NCBI GenBank assembly: GCA_052326305.1
Contig: JBKQPJ010000008.1
Location: forward strand, 28,498-92,497
Source: Thermoplasmata archaeon
GTDB taxonomy: Archaea > Thermoplasmatota > Thermoplasmata > Lutacidiplasmatales > UBA184
Length of the DNA: 64,000 nt
Direction: 5' to 3'
Shown: in pieces, positions 58,538 to 64,000 of the stretch
How positions within the stretch are numbered: the first letter of the stretch is position 1
Layout of the letters: the number at the start of each line of letters is the position of its first letter
Notes under the pieces: model-generated
What the model saw: only the letters and a program-made list of their open reading frames with translations
Told to the model about the DNA's origin: nothing
The model's database searches: none
Made by a program: the position numbers and the translations under genes

Positions 58538-59156
58538 GCACGCTCAGCGAAGTCCATACCTTAGACCTTTCGCAAAGGTCAGGGCGAGGGAATTGAGCGC
58601 TCCCTGACCGCCGGGATCATGGTGACCCACGACGAATAGGGCTTAGGTAGACTCAGGTCCTTGCGGGGCCACTCACCTCGCCCATGGATTAGAATCGACG
58701 TGACCCAGAACAACGGGATCTTCTTTCATCCGATTGCAGATTTGCCAAACGCTGCACAGAGGCTGTTGGGTCGAGGATTCAAACCTTTTCGCAAACACGA
58801 AGCCACCCTCGGGACCCCATTGTGATGGAAATCGCGCCCGTCAACGACACTTGTTCGCTCAGGGAGATCGTGACTCCAAAGGCCGAGGCGAGCGTCACGA
58901 ACCCGAAGGGAACCGAACCCCTCGTAGTCAACCCCTTAGGTTGAGACGGGTCGCGAACTTGCGAGCCTGCCGCCGTATTGAATTCGGGCCGGTTGAGTAT
59001 CGGGCGGACCGCTCGCCCACGGGCTCGACCTTTGTCTATGGGACGGGTTCTCTATGGGCCCGGTCCACCGACCCAGCCGAAAAGCTGATGGGGTATGGTC
59101 CCCCCCGGGAGCACTCCATTTTGGGGGGAATGCCTACCCCATATCCGCGCCCTGAG

Positions 59157-59212
59157 ACCCCCGGGGGCCGACCCGAATGATCGACGGGCTCTCCTCGAGT
59201 TGGGAAACGGAT
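59157..59212 (+). repeat. direct repeat family R2, copy 2
   Basis: cccccgggggccgacccgaatgatcgacgggctctcctcgagttgggaaacggat. Followed immediately by a tandem duplication. Confidence 0.7.
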
Positions 59213-59283
59213 CCTTCCTCCTAGGTACCTTGGCACGGCGGGGGCCGGATCCTTCCTCCTAGGTACCTTAGCGCGGTGGGGCC
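59209..59283 (+). repeat. tandem duplication, 2 x 37-38 nt (ggatccttcctcctaggtacctt[g/a]gc[a/g]cgg[c/t]gggggcc)
   Basis: Two adjacent near-identical units read directly from the sequence, in a non-coding stretch. Confidence 0.75.
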
Positions 59284-59750
59284 ATCTTGATGGTGGGAGG
59301 GGCCTTCTGTTTCTCATGCGACGCTCTTTCCGGTTCCTGCTTCCGTGTCTTCTGATCGTTGCGGGGGCGATCTTGATCGTCGGCGCACTGACCATTCGTC
59401 CTCCGCCCTGTCGCTGTAGCAGTGAATTCGGGTGCGATCCATGTACGGTCCCGGTCAACACAACTCCGTACGTACTGTTGGCGGGAGCGGCGTGCGCTAC
59501 CCTTGGAGGAGCATGGCTGGGATGGGGCCGACGTAGACATCGCCCTACTCGAGTTGCCCCGATGGGACAAACCCGTGGGCTGTCCTAGGAGCCCCAGGCG
59601 CAGAGATTTTAGTGACGGCGCCCTAACCCACGGGGGGATTTGGGAGCTGATGCGGGACGAACTTGCATGGTTCGACTTCCCCCGAGCACGATGGTTCTTC
59701 GCTCTCTTCACGATCGCAGGCGGGGTACTGGTCGCCGCGTCGGTCCTCTC

Positions 59751-60452
59751 CTATCTGACACCCCCCTTTGCCCAGGCCACGAACTGCGGGATATGCCACC
59801 CCCCAGGGGGGTGGGCCCGTTCCCGAACCGCGGCCCACCGGGTCGGGTCCACGCTCGCGGCCCCAACTCCCGTCACGAACTTGAGGAAATCCGGCGGTGC
59901 CCCGTGCTTCACTCCGGTCATCATTCCGGTGAGCTCGGATAGGTTGAGTGACGGCAGCATCCATCGCAAGTAACTCGCGAGCCTCTCCGGGGGCATCGCC
60001 CCCATGATCGCGCCCTGCATCGCCCGCATCTGGTCGTTGGTGAAGAGGTCCCTCATTCTGGGTACGATGGTGGCCTCTTCCTTGTTGATGTGGGCGAGAT
60101 AGAAGGCAAAGAACTCATTCGCCTCACGGGTGACGCGAGCTCCCAGCTCCATTCGTCGCTCCGGCACTTCGGTCCCCCCGAGTTCGTCGGCCATCCTCGT
60201 CAGGGCGACGAGTCTCCGCGTGATCTCGTTATGGTCCTCGAGGAGCTTGCGAATCAGTTCCGGTTCGAACGACTGCACGGAGGGGAATATGTGCGTGGCC
60301 TCGGCACCGGCGTGCTCGTGGAGAAGACAGACGACGCACGTGGCCGAGACCGCACGGGAGAACTCGTGCTGCAGGTCCGCGAGTACCGCGGCCGACGCGG
60401 CCTTGTCCGCAAAGTCCACGGCCAGAAGGCGGCCCCCGAGGCTGTAGATCAT
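59751..60452 (-). CDS. hemerythrin HHE cation-binding domain protein, tentative
   Basis: Paired His/Glu motifs (CLLHEHAGAEATHIFP, EDHNEI, FYLAHINKEEATIVP) spaced as in hemerythrin-like four-helix bundles. Confidence 0.45.
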   Translation of the reverse strand: MIYSLGGRLLAVDFADKAASAAVLADLQHEFSRAVSATCVVCLLHEHAGAEATHIFPSVQSFEPELIRKLLEDHNEITRRLVALTRMADELGGTEVPERRMELGARVTREANEFFAFYLAHINKEEATIVPRMRDLFTNDQMRAMQGAIMGAMPPERLASYLRWMLPSLNLSELTGMMTGVKHGAPPDFLKFVTGVGAASVDPTRWAAVRERAHPPGGWHIPQFVAWAKGGVR

Positions 60453-60799
60453 CGAGCGGAGCGCCTTGTGGATCGGCGTAAACAGGTCCTCGGTCGCTGT
60501 CAGTGGAAGCTCCCCCCGCCCCTAACTCGAGGTACGGCGGGGACTGTCGTTCGGCTACGTCGTCCACCCACCGCCGAAGGAAAAGGTCGCCTCAACCGGG
60601 TCGAATTCGGATGCGTTTCCGGGAGACGGTCACCGACCGGGCAGGTGGCGAAGATCCATCGCGTCGGCCTCTCGCCTACTGAGGCGTGGGGTCACGACCG
60701 CCGGAGGATTCGAACCTCGGCAGACGGATTCCCTTCTGTGGTCAGGGCTCCTGTACTTTTTGGAGGCGCGGTCCCTGACCCGTCAGGGGCCTTGGGTTC

Positions 60800-61192
60800 A
60801 TGACCGCGGGGATCACCGGGCTGTATGCGGTGTCGGTGCACGTTCGCGACATATCTCGCGCCCGATCCTTCTACGCCGATGTCCTTGGTTTCAAGGAGCT
60901 CAGCTTCGATCCGAAGGTCGGACGGGCCGTGTTCGCCTTGCCGGGAACTACTACTATCCTCCGGATGCACATCCAGGGGCCGGACGAAGGGGGACGAGAA
61001 CCCGGAACCGTGTCGGGCCTCATGTTTCGGCATCCCGACCCCGTCGCCGCGTGCGCGGAGATCAAACGTCGCGGTGGCACGGTGACGGACGAGGCCCGGC
61101 TCGTTGAGCTGCCCTCCGTCAAGTTCGTGCTCGGCGTGATTGCCGACCCGGACGGTAATGAGTTCGTGATCACGAACCGAACGGACCAGTAA
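60800..61192 (+). CDS. VOC-family (glyoxalase/bleomycin-resistance) protein
   Basis: ITGLYAVSVHVRDISRARSFYADVLGFKE N-terminal beta-alpha-beta-beta-beta module and a C-terminal repeat of it (FVLGVIADPDGNEFVI). Confidence 0.7.
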   Translation: MTAGITGLYAVSVHVRDISRARSFYADVLGFKELSFDPKVGRAVFALPGTTTILRMHIQGPDEGGREPGTVSGLMFRHPDPVAACAEIKRRGGTVTDEARLVELPSVKFVLGVIADPDGNEFVITNRTDQ

Positions 61193-61368
61193 TGAGGGGA
61201 CCCCCTCGCCGGACCCCGTCCGTAGCTCGTGGTCGCCTCGGTCGTCCCTCCTCCGGAATCGGGTAGGTCAACGAGCCGCTCCCCGGCCCTCACGTGGTGG
61301 CGGACCCCAAGGACGCCCCGCCGAGGGACATCGGCTCGCCAGCGAGCGCTCAGGTCGTCCGTCGAAAC

Positions 61369-61986
61369 CTACCCCGGGGTGTAGGTCGCAACCATGTTCG
61401 TTGAGTAGAAGTCATCGGACGTGCCGATCCCGACATACCCGAACACAGCGTACTTGTAGGTGCCGGCGCTGAGAACATGAAACACGTTTTCGACCGAGAC
61501 GGTCGGGGCAAACTCCTGAGTAGATTGGTTGGTATCGTAGAACCACTGGGACCCCCAGTAGGCCGCCGAGCAACCGTAGGCGGCGGTCGAATTGTCGACA
61601 AAGAGCTCGCCGCCGTCAATCGTTCCCGCGGTATGGAACACCACCAACTGGACCTGAGCGAGAACGACAATCGTTCCGCTGGCCGGGACAACGATGGATA
61701 CGTTGGCCCCGGCCCACGTGGCGCAGGTAGAACTTCCGTAATTGTAGAGCCCCGAGTAGTATTGGCTGGAGGCGGTCACCGAGGAGGCTGAGGCCGGGGC
61801 CGCGGCGCCGGCGGGGCCCGGAATCGCGAAGGCCAGAACGAGGGCAATCACTGCGATCGCAATCGCGGCGCCCGAAAGCACGGTCGAGAGCTGGGTCCCT
61901 CTCCCTGCTCGGCCAGGAGGAGAGGAGGCACCCACGTTGGAAGGGGCGGCAGAGTCCGGGGTGGCGGCGCTCGAGGTCGACTGCAT
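61369..61986 (-). CDS. membrane-anchored extracellular protein, paralog family A
   Basis: Same architecture as 57929-58537: S/P-rich N-terminus, TM (AAIAIAVIALVLAFAI), and an ectodomain with conserved Cys/Trp positions ending ...TNMVATYTPG. Confidence 0.55.
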   Translation of the reverse strand: MQSTSSAATPDSAAPSNVGASSPPGRAGRGTQLSTVLSGAAIAIAVIALVLAFAIPGPAGAAAPASASSVTASSQYYSGLYNYGSSTCATWAGANVSIVVPASGTIVVLAQVQLVVFHTAGTIDGGELFVDNSTAAYGCSAAYWGSQWFYDTNQSTQEFAPTVSVENVFHVLSAGTYKYAVFGYVGIGTSDDFYSTNMVATYTPG

Positions 61987-62376
61987 AGCCTCGGTGGCAG
62001 ACCCGACCCCTGTTAAAGGTTCCGTTCTGCGGGTCCTGGGAACAGCGACGTGCGCGGGCCCAGCCGTCCCGGGCCACGGGCGGATCAGCAGAGAGATCGG
62101 TCGATCCGCCTTGGGAGGTGTCTCGCGGGTGCGGTGGCTGGCAGGCGCCCCGGTCTTGGCCGATCCAACCCCTCGCTTGGGACGTCCTTCTCAGCCCATT
62201 CTGTCGGGGCCAGTTATCCAGATCCGAATAGGGATTCTTCTGTGAGGGCGTGATCGACCTTCGGGTCGGGTGTAGACAACCTGTGGATTGGCAAACACCC
62301 CGTTCACCGAATTTGGATCTGTAGCGGGCCGCGAAGGTCAATAGTCGGCGAGACTTCACATTAACGGGCGCGTTCG

Positions 62377-63165
62377 ATGGCCCACCACCGTCGGCCGACT
62401 TCGGCATCAATCGCGACGGGAGTTGTACTCGGGGTCGTGATGGCCCTTACCGGCCTTTCCGGGTCTTGGACACCATTCGAACACACGGTGTGCGGCCGCG
62501 AAGCTTTGCTCTCGCACGAGGACCGACGTTACATTCCTGCGTTCTTTCTGAATTCGCCATACGGTGGCCGAGCGTTCGGGCTGAGCCAGATTCCGTGGCC
62601 GATCCAGCCGGGCGTGACTATTGGTGTGGGCGGTCCAACCTCGAACGGAACCGTGATAACTGACTTTGTCGGGGGAGTCAACGTAAGTCTCTACCAGCTC
62701 CAGAATTTCACCAACTTGGGTCTCGGAATCAACGAACCTTGTCGTGCCTACTACGGTGTCGAGCTTCAGCTCCCTCATCTCAACCGGTCGATAGAAACCT
62801 GGATTCCGACCGCGTCAAATCTGACAGATGCTGGAGAAGTGGACAACTTCTCAATCCTCAGTACCCCCGATAACCAATCCACCGTCGCTTTCTTCAACAA
62901 CAGTTTCTCAGTCTGGAACGCCGACAGTGTCTCCACGTGTGGGGGAGTGGCGCAGACAATCCCGGTGAAGTCTAGCTCTCTGACGATCGGCATACCATTC
63001 ACCGTCGGAGGTCGGACCCTCACTATACCATACATACTGCCGTTCGCACAGAATTTCACATACCGCTTTCCCGCGAACTTTGGGAGCTGGGAGGTCGGTA
63101 ACCTATCCGAACCCGGGGGCCCCGGCGGAGGGTGGGCGTTCAACTTTCTTGGCGGATGCCCTTGA
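62377..63165 (+). CDS. secreted N-glycosylated protein, hypothetical
   Basis: N-terminal TM/signal (IATGVVLGVVMALTGL) and at least 12 N-x-S/T sequons. Lower GC than the core genome. Confidence 0.5.
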   Translation: MAHHRRPTSASIATGVVLGVVMALTGLSGSWTPFEHTVCGREALLSHEDRRYIPAFFLNSPYGGRAFGLSQIPWPIQPGVTIGVGGPTSNGTVITDFVGGVNVSLYQLQNFTNLGLGINEPCRAYYGVELQLPHLNRSIETWIPTASNLTDAGEVDNFSILSTPDNQSTVAFFNNSFSVWNADSVSTCGGVAQTIPVKSSSLTIGIPFTVGGRTLTIPYILPFAQNFTYRFPANFGSWEVGNLSEPGGPGGGWAFNFLGGCP

Positions 63166-63366
63166 CGAGAGAATAGCTCAGATGCTCTCTTCGGCCGAGC
63201 AACTTTCCGTGCCGTGAAATCAGCCTCCGGGCGGTCGGAAGGCTGGACTTTGCTGACGGAGAACGCGCACCTCCAAACATTCAACAGAAGCTGAACCTTC
63301 AAGGTCTTGTTCGAGAAGTGTCCGATCTCACCTGAACAAACGTCGCCCCACGGTTAGCCTAGGGGT

Positions 63367-63420
63367 GGGTTCTCTAACGGTGCGGCACACCGGCGTTCTC
63401 GCGAAACGCGTCCGGATTGC
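63367..63420 (+). repeat. direct repeat family R3, copy 2
   Basis: gggttctctaacggtgcggcacaccggcgttctcgcgaaacgcgtccggattgc. Lies in a convergent intergenic gap, as does copy 1. Confidence 0.7.
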
Positions 63421-63508
63421 TGCCCTTCCTTGGGCAGGCAGGATGCGTCACTCGCGCGCACCGGCTCCGCGGTCCCGGTAAGAAGTCTCGGTCGACCTCG
63501 GAGTGCGG

Positions 63509-63958
63509 TCAGCAGGCGGCGCGCTCGAACGCCAGGAGCGACGTGGTCGTTGGGTTGCCTACGGTTGGCAGCGGCCCGGGAACCACCTCGCTAATATTCC
63601 AGACCCAACCTGGAGGCAGCGAGTACATCGCGGGCAGGATACCGTAGGGACCAGGTCCGCTCCACTCGGTGTACCCCGAGGATCGAATCGGTCCGATGGG
63701 GAGATGCATACTGACCACAATCTGGTACTTCGCCACTGCCGGGAGCGTGATGCTGAGGGGATCCGGGAACAAGGGTCCGCAGAGCCGGATTGACTCCGAC
63801 ACCGTGCCGGTGGAGGCGTTGCCGGTATGAAAGCTTGTATCGAACCACAACGCAGCCCCCGGGGTTGAAGTCTCCGTCGGGGTGCATGTCTGCGGAGGAA
63901 CCTCGTGGAGTTCCACAGCGTCACTTGAGTTGTCGGGTAACGGCAGAATCGTCGTCAA
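63509..63958 (-). CDS. hypothetical extracellular protein, possibly truncated by the window end
   Basis: ORF runs to near the window edge. Trp/Pro/Gly-rich sequence with possible weak similarity to paralog family A. Confidence 0.25.
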   Translation of the reverse strand: MTTILPLPDNSSDAVELHEVPPQTCTPTETSTPGAALWFDTSFHTGNASTGTVSESIRLCGPLFPDPLSITLPAVAKYQIVVSMHLPIGPIRSSGYTEWSGPGPYGILPAMYSLPPGWVWNISEVVPGPLPTVGNPTTTSLLAFERAAC

Positions 63959-64000
63959 GTTCCCGCTCGCGCCGCAGGTTAGGCCCCCGACTTCTTCCGC

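Noticed and set aside
54746-59212. R2 repeats as C/D box sRNAs (given fibrillarin/Nop5 are encoded here)
   Set aside because: They contain AUGAUCGA / GGAUCAG but no canonical RUGAUGA C box plus CUGA D box pair at the right spacing.
54714-64000. Integrase or other mobile-element gene downstream of tRNA-Glu
   Set aside because: Searched all frames for tyrosine-recombinase (R..H..RH.Y) or transposase features and found none. The island call therefore stays tentative.

Overview
This is a GC-rich (about 70% by eye) archaeal chromosomal segment, not bacterial: it carries L15e, L44e, S27e, aIF2-alpha, aIF5A, Nop10, Nop5, fibrillarin, aTrm56, prefoldin alpha and a PAC2-like proteasome assembly chaperone. 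Because of the high GC, the six-frame track is full of long antisense and wrong-frame ORFs, so I selected frames by protein-level plausibility. The track translates GTG and TTG starts as M.

The window divides roughly as follows:
- 1 to 24 kb: core informational genes, with a possible SRP RNA fragment beside pfdA and ftsY. It includes the blocks L15e / Toprim / GINS-like, Nop5-fibrillarin-purF, P1-P0-L1, and L44e-S27e-aIF2a-Nop10-aTrm56-mvk.
- 24 to 43 kb: a more accessory segment with DHFR-like, M29 and M13 peptidase, ABC-2 transporter and Rieske genes. It also holds several membrane proteins with zinc ribbons, and is punctuated by three copies of a palindromic GGAGACGCC...TTTCGTYAAACGAA element.
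- 43 to 54 kb: two giant genes. One is a catalytically dead IleRS-like protein fused by a 600-aa Pro/Glu/Ala linker to a DUF835-like domain. The other is a 1497-aa alpha-helical repeat protein.
- 54.6 to 64 kb: a tRNA-Glu(CUC) that appears to have a 29-nt intron in its T-loop, followed by a lower-GC islet of secreted and membrane protein genes with two short direct-repeat families and no integrase.

The most unusual module is a minus-strand operon (7229-11743) encoding a HerA/DUF87-like ATPase and three tandem KaiC/RadB-like proteins, only one of which keeps an intact P-loop.
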